The notes under the pieces were generated by a model, which was not told the origin of the DNA, searched no databases, and worked only from the letters and a program-made list of their open reading frames with translations. 64,000 bases of DNA from Candidatus Gottesmanbacteria bacterium (lineage in GTDB: Bacteria > Patescibacteriota > Microgenomatia > JAMCYU01), in the NCBI GenBank assembly GCA_043801155.1, contig JAZDMI010000021.1, positions 130,683 to 194,682 of the forward strand. The letters run 5' to 3'. The position numbers were made by a program, and so were the translations under genes. Positions 8,371 through 16,995 of this stretch are shown one piece after another (position 1 is the first letter of the stretch; each line of letters starts with the position of its first letter).

Positions 8371-8595
8371 ATATTAGTATCAGAATAAGAGATGATAATA
8401 AACCAAACGGCTCCAAAAAATACCTCTATATAATTACCGATAAAAATAAGTTCGAATATTGTAGGGTATTATTAAAATTTGATAAAATTTGGATAAAGAT
8501 AAATTATAAGTGAATAACGGATTTTGTACTTATTATTATTGACTTTTAATTTTAAATAAAGTCTGATATAATGGGCAAATTGATTTGAGGAAAAA

Positions 8596-9240
8596 ATGAA
8601 ACTAAAATCATTATCGAAAAAGATTTCTGCTATTAAATTGGCGTTAAGAAAAAAATACGATAATAATCGTAAGTTGATTATTATTGGTTTAATTTTATTT
8701 CTCCTAGCGACTGGTTTATATAATTTTAAAGGATTATTTGTCGCGGCCATGGTTAATGGTCAGCCAATTTGGCGGATATCAGTAGACCAAGAATTAGAAA
8801 AACAAGCCGGGAGTAAAATCCTTGATTCTTTGATTACTAAGCAATTAGTTCTCCAAGAAGCAGGTAAGCAAAAAGCCAATATATCTGACCAAGAAATAAA
8901 TCAGGGACTTAAGGATTTAGAAGATAGTTTAACTAAGCAAGGACAAAATCTAGATGAGCTTTTAACAGCTCAAGGAATGAGCCGAAATGATATTAAGGAC
9001 CAAATTAAACTGCAAAAGCAAGTTGAAAAAATGGTGGCTAAAGATATAAAAGTTACTGATGCTGACGTTCAAAAATATTATGATGATAATCAAGAGACTT
9101 TGTATCAGGACAAAAAATTTGCAGATGTTAAAGCAGAGATTCAAAAACAATTAGAGCAAGAAAAATTAAATGAAAAAATCCAAACCTGGGTAGAAGACCT
9201 TCGTAAAAAAGCCAAAATTAATTACTTCACCCAATTCTAA
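8596..9240 (+). CDS. SurA N-terminal-domain / PrsA-like periplasmic chaperone, membrane-anchored
   Basis: N-terminal TM segment, then a coiled, Lys/Gln-rich domain resembling the SurA_N/PpiD N-domain. Confidence 0.45.
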   Translation: MKLKSLSKKISAIKLALRKKYDNNRKLIIIGLILFLLATGLYNFKGLFVAAMVNGQPIWRISVDQELEKQAGSKILDSLITKQLVLQEAGKQKANISDQEINQGLKDLEDSLTKQGQNLDELLTAQGMSRNDIKDQIKLQKQVEKMVAKDIKVTDADVQKYYDDNQETLYQDKKFADVKAEIQKQLEQEKLNEKIQTWVEDLRKKAKINYFTQF

Positions 9241-9370
9241 ACAGATAACTTCAGAGTCGCTACAATCATTACTAACACTAATGAATGTGAATTCTGTTTA
9301 ACACACATTTTCTTACTTGACAAATTCGATATTTTCATGTTAAACTCATACTAAATTAGTCATAGTTAAT

Positions 9371-9775
9371 ATGTTTACACTTTCTAGTAAATCAGATTAT
9401 GGACTACTCCTACTAACATTATTAGCCGGTAGTCATAAAAACGAGTTTATACCATTATCAGATATTGCTGTAAAATCAGGTTTGCCTAAAGCTTATATTT
9501 CAAGAATTGCATCTGAATTGGCTAATGCCGGAATAATAAAGAGTAAAGAAGGACTTAATGGAGGGTATAAATTAGCTATACCCCCAGCAAAAATTACCAT
9601 TGCCCAGGTAACACAAATTCTGGATGGTCCGTGGCAACCGACTAAGTGTACCAGTAAGCAAAAAAAATGCTCATTGGAAAAAAATTGTCCGATGGCTGAC
9701 AACTGGCAAAATAGAATTAAAGCAAAAATGTGGAAAATAATGGATAGTTATACTTTAAAAGATTTAATGAGCTAA
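9371..9775 (+). CDS. Rrf2-family transcriptional regulator (IscR-like, with a 3-Cys cluster ligand set)
   Basis: Rrf2 HTH (SDYGLLLL...SDIAVKSGLPKAYISRIASEL) and C-x5-C-x5-C (KCTSKQKKCSLEKNC). It sits directly upstream of the suf genes. Confidence 0.8.
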   Translation: MFTLSSKSDYGLLLLTLLAGSHKNEFIPLSDIAVKSGLPKAYISRIASELANAGIIKSKEGLNGGYKLAIPPAKITIAQVTQILDGPWQPTKCTSKQKKCSLEKNCPMADNWQNRIKAKMWKIMDSYTLKDLMS

Positions 9776-9790
9776 TAAGCTCTTATACCT

Positions 9791-10501
9791 ATGTTAAAAA
9801 TTACTAATCTTTCAGTTTCGGTTGGGAATAAAAAAATTATTAATAATCTCTCTTTGGAAATTAGACCGGGTGAGCTTCATGTTCTTCTTGGTCCCAATGG
9901 TGCCGGAAAGACAAGTCTGGCTATGGCTTTGATTGGACACCCAAGTTATAAAATCGAAAATCAAATCTCGAAAATCAAAATTGACGATAAAGATTTAATC
10001 CATTTAACTACTGATGAACGCGCTAGGTTAGGGTTATTTAATTCGTTTCAAAAGCCGGTGGCTATTCCCGGAGTATCAGTAAAAGACCTTTTGAAATATA
10101 TAAAGATTAATAATCTTGAAGAAAAAATATCTAAGACTGGTAATCGTTTAAAGATCAAAGACGAACTTCTAACAAGATCTCTTAACGTAGATTTTTCCGG
10201 CGGCGAATTTAAAAAAATGGAACTTTTACAGGCTATGATAATTCAGCCAAAATATGTAATTTTAGATGAAATAGATAGCGGTTTGGATATTGATAATATT
10301 CATTTATTAGCCGATTTTCTTCAACAAATGACTCTTAAAAACATCGGGATTCTTTTAATCACCCATAATTTACGGATATTAAAATTTGTTAAACCGGACT
10401 TGATACATATTTTAATCAACGGTTCAATTATTAAAAGTGGAGGAGTCCAAATTGCCAGAGAAATTGAGAAGAGAGGATTTTCATGGTTAGTAAAAAATTA
10501 A
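9791..10501 (+). CDS. sufC: Fe-S cluster assembly ATPase SufC
   Basis: Walker A GPNGAGKTS, ABC-type fold, and suf operon context. Confidence 0.9.
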   Translation: MLKITNLSVSVGNKKIINNLSLEIRPGELHVLLGPNGAGKTSLAMALIGHPSYKIENQISKIKIDDKDLIHLTTDERARLGLFNSFQKPVAIPGVSVKDLLKYIKINNLEEKISKTGNRLKIKDELLTRSLNVDFSGGEFKKMELLQAMIIQPKYVILDEIDSGLDIDNIHLLADFLQQMTLKNIGILLITHNLRILKFVKPDLIHILINGSIIKSGGVQIAREIEKRGFSWLVKN

Positions 10502-11790
10502 TAGATTATATTTCTAGTCAAAAAAGCGAACCACTGTGGATGAAAGATATTCGACTTAAGGCTTTTGCAGTTTTTCAAAAGTTACCTTTACCTCCATTTG
10601 GACCAAATTTACACAAGCTTAATTTTGACGATATTAATTATTATTTAAGACCGGATGCAGTCCATAAAAAAAATTGGCAGGACGTACCAAAAGATATTCG
10701 AAGAATTTACGATAAATTAAAAATTCCGCAAATGGAAAAACAGTATTTATCCGGCAACCTTGCCCAGCTTGAGTCAGAAGCGGTCTATGAAAAATTAAAA
10801 AAAACCTGGGAAGACAAAGGAGTAATTTTCGTGGATATGGATACGGCCGTCAAAAAATATCCAGACTTAATTAAAAAATATTTTATGAATCTGGTAAATC
10901 TGAACGAGAATAAATTTACCGCACTTCACAGCACCTTTTGGTCCGGTGGAACCTTTATTTATATACCTAAAGGAGTATGTTTGTGTTTACCATTACAATC
11001 TTATTTCAGAATTCAATCTCCTAAAATGGGCCAGTTTGAGCATACTATTATTATTGCGGATGAAGGATCGTTTGTTCATTATATTGAAGGATGCACCGCT
11101 CCTCAATACTCAAGCGTATCGCTTCATGCCGGAATAGTTGAAGTTTATATCAGCAAAAATGCTCGGGTACGATATACGACGGTGCAAAACTGGAGTAAAA
11201 ATGTTTATAATTTGGCCACCAAAAGAGCTAGGGTGGAAGAGAATGGAAGAATAGAATGGGTCAGTGGGTCGTTGGGAAGCGAGGTCACCATGTTATATCC
11301 GGCCAGTCTACTCGTAGGAAAAGGAGCAAGTAGTCAACATCTATCGATAACTTGGGCCGGCAAGGGACAAATAAAGGATACCGGAGGTAAAGCCATACAC
11401 TTGGCAGAAGATACAAGTTCTACCATCTTATCAAAAAGTATTAGCAAAGATGGAGGTCAAACAACATTTCGAGGTCTAGTAAAAGTTGCCAAAGGAGCCA
11501 GGAATTCTAAAAGTTATATGCGCTGTGATTCTTTAATATTAGACAAAGATTCACAAGCCCAAAGTTTTCCTAATTTAGATATTAAAGAACAAGACGCTTC
11601 AATCGGGCACGAGGCCACTATCGGTAAAATTTCTGAAGAACAGTTATTCTACCTTCAAAGTCGAGGGATTTCAAAAAAAGACGCGACTAATTTAATTATT
11701 AACGGATTTATCGAACCCATAGTTAGTGAAATTCCATTTGAATATGCGGTAGAATTAAATAGACTAATTGAAATGGGAATGTCAGGGTAA
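10483..11790 (+). CDS. sufB: Fe-S cluster assembly protein SufB/SufD family
   Basis: SufBD beta-helix region (GSFVHYIEGCTAP..., NWSKNVYNL...), located between sufC and sufS. Confidence 0.8.
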   Translation: MVSKKLIDYISSQKSEPLWMKDIRLKAFAVFQKLPLPPFGPNLHKLNFDDINYYLRPDAVHKKNWQDVPKDIRRIYDKLKIPQMEKQYLSGNLAQLESEAVYEKLKKTWEDKGVIFVDMDTAVKKYPDLIKKYFMNLVNLNENKFTALHSTFWSGGTFIYIPKGVCLCLPLQSYFRIQSPKMGQFEHTIIIADEGSFVHYIEGCTAPQYSSVSLHAGIVEVYISKNARVRYTTVQNWSKNVYNLATKRARVEENGRIEWVSGSLGSEVTMLYPASLLVGKGASSQHLSITWAGKGQIKDTGGKAIHLAEDTSSTILSKSISKDGGQTTFRGLVKVAKGARNSKSYMRCDSLILDKDSQAQSFPNLDIKEQDASIGHEATIGKISEEQLFYLQSRGISKKDATNLIINGFIEPIVSEIPFEYAVELNRLIEMGMSG

Positions 11791-11792
11791 AG

Positions 11793-13061
11793 TTGGCGTT
11801 GACAAATTTTATGTTAGATATACAAAAAATAAAACAGGACTTTCCTATCCTAAAAAGACAGATAAATGGAAAACAAATTGTCTATCTTGATTCCGGTGCG
11901 TCTTCCTTAAAGCCTTGTCAGGTAATTGAGGCGATGGATAAATATTATATAAATTATGGAGTGAATATCTTTCGTGGTATTTATCGACTATCGCAGGAGG
12001 CAACCGAAGAATATGAAAAGGCCCGTCAAAATGTGGCTAAATTTATTGGAGCAAAAGATCCAAGAGAAATAATTTTTGTCAGAAACGCCACTGAAGCTAT
12101 CAACTTAGTGGCTTATGCTTGGGGAAGAGCAAATATTGACGTGAGGAGTGAAATTGTTTGTACGGTTATGGAACATCATGCTAACTTGGTGACCTGGCAA
12201 CAGCTGGCACTGAAAAACAGTGCCACCATAAAATTTTTGGATATTGATGAAAATGGAAAACTAAAAATCAATCGCCATCAGGAAATAAATCTCGATAGCG
12301 TGATAACAGACAACACAAAACTATTAGCAATTACTTATGTCTCTAATGTTTTAGGAACAATAAATCCGCTTAAAGAAATTGTGAGAAAAACCAAAAAGAT
12401 TAACCCTAATTGTTTGGTTTTAGTTGATGGAGCACAAGCAATACCCCATATGAAAGTTGATGTTGAAGATTTAGGTTGCGATTTTTTTGCCTTTTCCGGA
12501 CACAAAATGCTCGGACCGATGGGAATTGGTGTTCTTTGGGGTAAATATGAATTATTAGATAAAATGCTGCCGTTCCAATTTGGGGGAGAAATGATTAGGG
12601 ATGTTTATCTGGAAAAAACGACCTTTGCTGATCCGCCACATAAATTTGAAGCGGGGACCCCCAATGTAGCTGGGGCTATCGGTTTGTCTGCTGCCATTGA
12701 TTATCTAGAGGGATTTGGTATGGAGAATATAAGACAACACGAGGTTGAAATAACAGAATACGGTTTAAATCAATTGAGCAATATAAAAGATTTGAAAATT
12801 TACGGTCCAGAAAAAGTAGAAGACCGGGGCGGAATTATTGCTTTTAATATTGATGGTATTCATGCTCATGATTTAGCCCAAATATTAGACGAGGACAATG
12901 TTTGTATCAGAAGTGGCCATCACTGTGCCATGCCATTGCATACCCGTTTGGGAATTCCCGGATCTGCCCGCGCCAGTTTTTATCTCTACAATACTAAGGA
13001 AGATATTGATAAATTAGTAGAAAGTTTAAAAAAAGCTAAAAAGATATTTAAAATATTATGA
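11793..13061 (+). CDS. sufS: Cysteine desulfurase SufS (PLP-dependent, class V aminotransferase fold)
   Basis: PLP-Lys motif SGHKMLGP and active-site Cys in RSGHHCA. Confidence 0.9.
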   Translation: MALTNFMLDIQKIKQDFPILKRQINGKQIVYLDSGASSLKPCQVIEAMDKYYINYGVNIFRGIYRLSQEATEEYEKARQNVAKFIGAKDPREIIFVRNATEAINLVAYAWGRANIDVRSEIVCTVMEHHANLVTWQQLALKNSATIKFLDIDENGKLKINRHQEINLDSVITDNTKLLAITYVSNVLGTINPLKEIVRKTKKINPNCLVLVDGAQAIPHMKVDVEDLGCDFFAFSGHKMLGPMGIGVLWGKYELLDKMLPFQFGGEMIRDVYLEKTTFADPPHKFEAGTPNVAGAIGLSAAIDYLEGFGMENIRQHEVEITEYGLNQLSNIKDLKIYGPEKVEDRGGIIAFNIDGIHAHDLAQILDEDNVCIRSGHHCAMPLHTRLGIPGSARASFYLYNTKEDIDKLVESLKKAKKIFKIL

Positions 13062-13090
13062 AATTGACTTTAAAATTAATACAATAAATC

Positions 13091-13226
13091 GGGCTGGCGG
13101 TAACGAATTTTTTCACCCCGCTTTGTCAAAGTTAAATTGTTGTTTAGTGCATTAGCACGAAGTTTTACACTTTGGAAAGACAGAATCATAAGTGCGGGGT
13201 TGTCAAAAATTGTTACGCGCCATCCC
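13091..13226 (+). repeat. Family-2 ~138-bp element with terminal inverted repeats (MITE-like), copy 1, located between sufS and sufU
   Basis: Aligns end-to-end with 21791-21928 and 26506-26643. The conserved core is GAATTTTTTCACyCC...AGTGCAyTAGCACGAAG...GyGGAGyTGTCAAAAATT...CGCGCCATCCC. Confidence 0.8.
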
Positions 13227-13244
13227 TTATTTTGCACTTTTATC

Positions 13245-13628
13245 ATGGATATTTATCGACAAAATATTTTAGATCATTATAAAAATCCGCGCAACTTTGG
13301 CCCTATGGAAAAACCTGATTCCTCACATGAGGAAGGTAATACTTTATGTGGAGATAAAATTAAAATAGAAATAAAATATAAATTAAAACCTGATAACGAA
13401 AAAACTATTGATGATATAAAATTTACCGGTGAAGGATGTGCTATTTCTTTGGCTAGTGCCTCTATGTTAACAGAGAAAGTTAAAGGAATGACTATAGAAG
13501 ATATTAAGAAATTGAGATATGATGATATTAAAGAAATGTTAGGAACGGATTTAAGTCCAGCTAGAATAAAATGTGCAACATTGGCCCTGCAAGTTTTACT
13601 TAAAACTATTGATCATTTAATATTGTGA
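13245..13628 (+). CDS. sufU: SufU/IscU-like Fe-S scaffold (the ORF-track start at 13137 is extended into the repeat; the start proposed here is at MDIYRQ)
   Basis: Three-Cys scaffold motifs (LCGD, GEGCAIS, KCATLA). The upstream 108 nt of the tracked ORF are repeat sequence. Confidence 0.75.
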   Translation: MDIYRQNILDHYKNPRNFGPMEKPDSSHEEGNTLCGDKIKIEIKYKLKPDNEKTIDDIKFTGEGCAISLASASMLTEKVKGMTIEDIKKLRYDDIKEMLGTDLSPARIKCATLALQVLLKTIDHLIL

Positions 13629-13664
13629 ATTGTTTCATTCCTTTATCTTGTATATAATTAATTT

Positions 13665-15371
13665 ATGTCAAAAAGCATGACTTGGAGAATTGGGGGAGAA
13701 GCGGGATTTGGAATTATGGCTTCCGGAGCTATTTTTGCTAAGGCTTTAACCAGAGCCGGGCTTTTTATTTCTTCAACAGTTGAATATCCTTCGCTTATCC
13801 GTGGCGGACACAATACATATATCGTTAGAGCAGGAGAAACAGAAATTTTTTCATTAGTTAAGCCAATTGATCTTTTAGTCGCCCTGAACCAAGAAACAAT
13901 TGATTTACATAAAGGTGAGTTATCCAAAGGTGCCGGTATTATTTATGATTCTCAGGACAAAACTATCATAACAGAAAATTTACCGGAAGAATGTAAATTG
14001 TTTGGTTTGCCGCTTTTAGAAATTGCTACTAAAGACGGCGGTAAAAAAATTATGATGAATAATGTGGCTTTGGGGGCAACCTGGGCTGTCGTTGATTTGC
14101 CATTTGAAATATTAAGCAGTGTCATTGCTGATAATTTTGCTAAAAAGGGAGAAGAAATTATCAAAGAAAATACCCAAGCTGCCAAGTCCGGATTTGAATA
14201 TATTAAGAATAACTATGCCAATGATTTTACTTATAAACTCGTTAGAGGAAAAGCAGCCGGAAGATTGGTATTAACTGGTAATGAAGCAATCGGACTGGCT
14301 GCTATTAAAGCAGGTTTAGGTTTTACTGCACTCTATCCGATGACACCGATTAACGGTTTGTTGCTTTACTTAGCTTCTCATCAACAAGAAGGAAATTATA
14401 TTTATTATCAACCAGAAGATGAGATAGCCGGAATTAATTCAGCGATAGGGGCATCATATTCGGGAAAACGCAGCTTAATAGCTACATCAGGTGGCGGTTT
14501 TGCTTTAATGAACGAAGGGTATGGTATGGCCGCTATGACCGAAACGCCACTCGTTGTAGTTATGGGTACAAGACCGGGTCCATCAAGCGGTTTACCAACA
14601 TGGACAGGTCAGGGAGATCTTAAGTTTCTCTTAAATGCTTCACCAGGTGATTTTATGAGGGTTATATTTGCACCTGGTGATCCAACCGAAGCTTATGAAT
14701 TAACTCAAATAGCGTTTAACCTAGCCGATAAATATCAAACACCGGTGATTCTTTTAGTTGATAAATTTTTATGTGAAAGCATCGGCACAGCGGATAAATT
14801 AAAAATTAAGAATTATGAATTAAAAATTGATCGGGGAAAAATGTGGGACAAAAAGGGAGAATACAAAAGATATGAATTAACTGATGATGGAATATCGCCG
14901 CGGGCACTCCCCGGACAATCTTACTTTATAACTAATTCTTATGAGCATGATGAATTTGGGTATTCAACTGAAGATGCAAAAACCATTCAGTCAATGGTTG
15001 ATAAACGCGGGAAAAAATATGAACTTTTAGCCAAAGAAGTCCCCGAACCACAAATTTTTGGTGATAAAGACGCTGACATTACTTTGGTTGGTTGGGGATC
15101 AACCAAGAACGCGGCGCGTGAAGTAGTAGGTAAAAAAATAAATTATTTGCACCTTAATTGGATAAATCCATTTCCGAAAGAGGTGGTGACCAGAATTTTA
15201 TCAAAAGCGAAAAAAGTTATTGATATTGAGGGAAATTCGACTGGTCAGATGGCCGCCTGGATAAGAGAACAAACCGGTATTGAAATTAAAGATAAAATAT
15301 TAAAATATGACGGCCGGCAATTTTATCCAGAGGATATTATTGAAGGAATAAAAAATTTACTTGGAAAATAA
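13665..15371 (+). CDS. korA: 2-oxoacid:ferredoxin oxidoreductase, alpha subunit (fused gamma-alpha type)
   Basis: POR/KOR alpha-subunit architecture (GNEAIGLAAIKAG..., TSGGGFALM), followed by the TPP-binding beta subunit. Confidence 0.8.
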   Translation: MSKSMTWRIGGEAGFGIMASGAIFAKALTRAGLFISSTVEYPSLIRGGHNTYIVRAGETEIFSLVKPIDLLVALNQETIDLHKGELSKGAGIIYDSQDKTIITENLPEECKLFGLPLLEIATKDGGKKIMMNNVALGATWAVVDLPFEILSSVIADNFAKKGEEIIKENTQAAKSGFEYIKNNYANDFTYKLVRGKAAGRLVLTGNEAIGLAAIKAGLGFTALYPMTPINGLLLYLASHQQEGNYIYYQPEDEIAGINSAIGASYSGKRSLIATSGGGFALMNEGYGMAAMTETPLVVVMGTRPGPSSGLPTWTGQGDLKFLLNASPGDFMRVIFAPGDPTEAYELTQIAFNLADKYQTPVILLVDKFLCESIGTADKLKIKNYELKIDRGKMWDKKGEYKRYELTDDGISPRALPGQSYFITNSYEHDEFGYSTEDAKTIQSMVDKRGKKYELLAKEVPEPQIFGDKDADITLVGWGSTKNAAREVVGKKINYLHLNWINPFPKEVVTRILSKAKKVIDIEGNSTGQMAAWIREQTGIEIKDKILKYDGRQFYPEDIIEGIKNLLGK

Positions 15372-15373
15372 GA

Positions 15374-16222
15374 ATGGAAGAAAAGTTAAATTTATCAACT
15401 ATACATAAACCAACCTGGTGTCCGGGATGTGGTAATTTTGGCATCTGGCAGGCTCTTAAAGATACCGTGAATAAATTAGGAGTTAATCCTAATGAGGTTG
15501 TAGCTGTGTATGATATCGGATGTAATAGTAACATGATGAATTGGTCTCCGGTGACTGCGTTTGAAAGTCTGCATGGGCGGACATTACCAGTCGCCACCGG
15601 AATTAAATTAGCCAATCCTAAATTAACAGTTTTAGCTATTGCCGGTGATGGTGGTTGTTATGGTGAGGGAGGAAATCATTTAATCCATGCAGCCAAAAGA
15701 AATCTAGATATTACACTTTTAGTTCATGATAACCAAATTTATGCCCTGACAGCTGGTCAAACCTCGCCAACTTCAGAAAAAGGCTTTAAAACTAAATCTA
15801 CTCCAGATGGTTCTATAGATGAGAAACTAAATCCATTAGCATTAGCTTTAGCTGCCGGAGCAACCTTTATCGCTCGTGGTTTTGCCGGTGATCTGCCTCA
15901 TTTAACTGATCTTCTTAGACAGGCAATTAATCATAAAGGATTTGCTATTGTTGATATCATGCAGCCTTGTGTTTCTTTTAATCCAATAAATACATTTGAT
16001 TGGTATAAGTCTAGAGTTTATAAACTAAATGAACTACAATATAATATAACGGATAAATTATCTGCTTTTGCGAAAGCTTTAGAATGGCCAGCGATAACTA
16101 AGGATAGTAAAATTCCTATTGGAATTTTGTATCAAAAAGAAGCAGCATCAGTTAATAATAAAGACCTAAAAACTGATAATAACAAATTAAATTTTGACGG
16201 TTTAATCCAAGAATTTTTGTAA
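15374..16222 (+). CDS. korB: 2-oxoacid:ferredoxin oxidoreductase, beta subunit (TPP-binding)
   Basis: CPGCG Cys motif and GDGG TPP motif (IAGDGGCYGEGGNH). Confidence 0.8.
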   Translation: MEEKLNLSTIHKPTWCPGCGNFGIWQALKDTVNKLGVNPNEVVAVYDIGCNSNMMNWSPVTAFESLHGRTLPVATGIKLANPKLTVLAIAGDGGCYGEGGNHLIHAAKRNLDITLLVHDNQIYALTAGQTSPTSEKGFKTKSTPDGSIDEKLNPLALALAAGATFIARGFAGDLPHLTDLLRQAINHKGFAIVDIMQPCVSFNPINTFDWYKSRVYKLNELQYNITDKLSAFAKALEWPAITKDSKIPIGILYQKEAASVNNKDLKTDNNKLNFDGLIQEFL

Positions 16223-16229
16223 ATTAAAA

Positions 16230-16913
16230 ATGAAAAGTAAGTCTGTCCTTTCACTTACACTAGCACTTTTTTTAATCAGCGGGCTATTGCTAATATTTAA
16301 AGAACAACTAGTCAATTCTTTTATTCCCCAACCAAAATTCTCTGAACTTGATAATCCGAAATTAGTCCAGACTATCAAAACACAATCAGGACAGTGGGAT
16401 ACGAATTTTAACCAGCCAATTTTCCTCAATGCACCTGTTTCTTTACCGGTCGCCGTTGTCGCCGATAGTAATGTTTTAGGCGTCGTTCAGGCACAGGGAG
16501 AAAAATGGATAGAGATCGATTTATCAGACCAAAAACTTTATGCCCATGAAGGAGATAATATTGTTTATACCTTTTTAGTTTCAACCGGTAAATGGGGAGC
16601 AACACCAATCGGTGATTTTCGCATCTGGGTAAAATTGCGTTATTCGACAATGAGCGGCGGAGACAAATCAATCGGAACTTATTATTATTTACCAAATGTT
16701 CCTTATGTTATGTTTTTCCACAATGCTTTTGCTCTTCACGGGACCTATTGGCATAATAATTTTGGTACACCAATGAGCCATGGGTGTGTCAATCTTTCAA
16801 CAATTGATGCGGGAAAACTTTATTATTGGACAGACCCTCCGGTTGAACCAGAAAAATCAGTTTTCCACCCTACTAAAGAATTTCCCGGAACCAGAGTCGT
16901 AGTTCATGAGTAA
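16230..16913 (+). CDS. L,D-transpeptidase (YkuD domain), membrane-anchored
   Basis: Catalytic HGC motif (SHGCVNLS) with a preceding conserved His, and an N-terminal signal/anchor. Confidence 0.8.
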   Translation: MKSKSVLSLTLALFLISGLLLIFKEQLVNSFIPQPKFSELDNPKLVQTIKTQSGQWDTNFNQPIFLNAPVSLPVAVVADSNVLGVVQAQGEKWIEIDLSDQKLYAHEGDNIVYTFLVSTGKWGATPIGDFRIWVKLRYSTMSGGDKSIGTYYYLPNVPYVMFFHNAFALHGTYWHNNFGTPMSHGCVNLSTIDAGKLYYWTDPPVEPEKSVFHPTKEFPGTRVVVHE

Positions 16914-16995
16914 AATAAATGACAACTGATTACGGTGATTTTCCTCCTTGACATTTAGCACTTAGTGTGCTAGACTGCTAACCACTTTACAATAT

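Noticed and set aside
8472-8750. Minus-strand 92-aa ORF in the AT-rich gap before the SurA-like gene
   Set aside because: Runs of Ile/Asn/Lys typical of random AT-rich sequence. It overlaps the extended -10 promoter (TGaTATAAT at ~8564-8572) and the start of the + gene.
10946-11137. Internal + strand 63-aa ORF in an alternative frame of sufB (similarly 6472-6663, 17645-17851, 22886-23131, 25854-26183, 39582-39800, 48057-48263, 49407-49637, 55902-56111, 56576-56758 and 60477-60668)
   Set aside because: Alternative-frame ORFs wholly inside confidently called genes; no independent support.
13658-13927. Minus-strand 89-aa ORF at the start of korA (also 15337-15615 and 16202-16695 on the minus strand)
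   Set aside because: Antisense to strongly supported KorA/KorB/LD-transpeptidase coding sequence.
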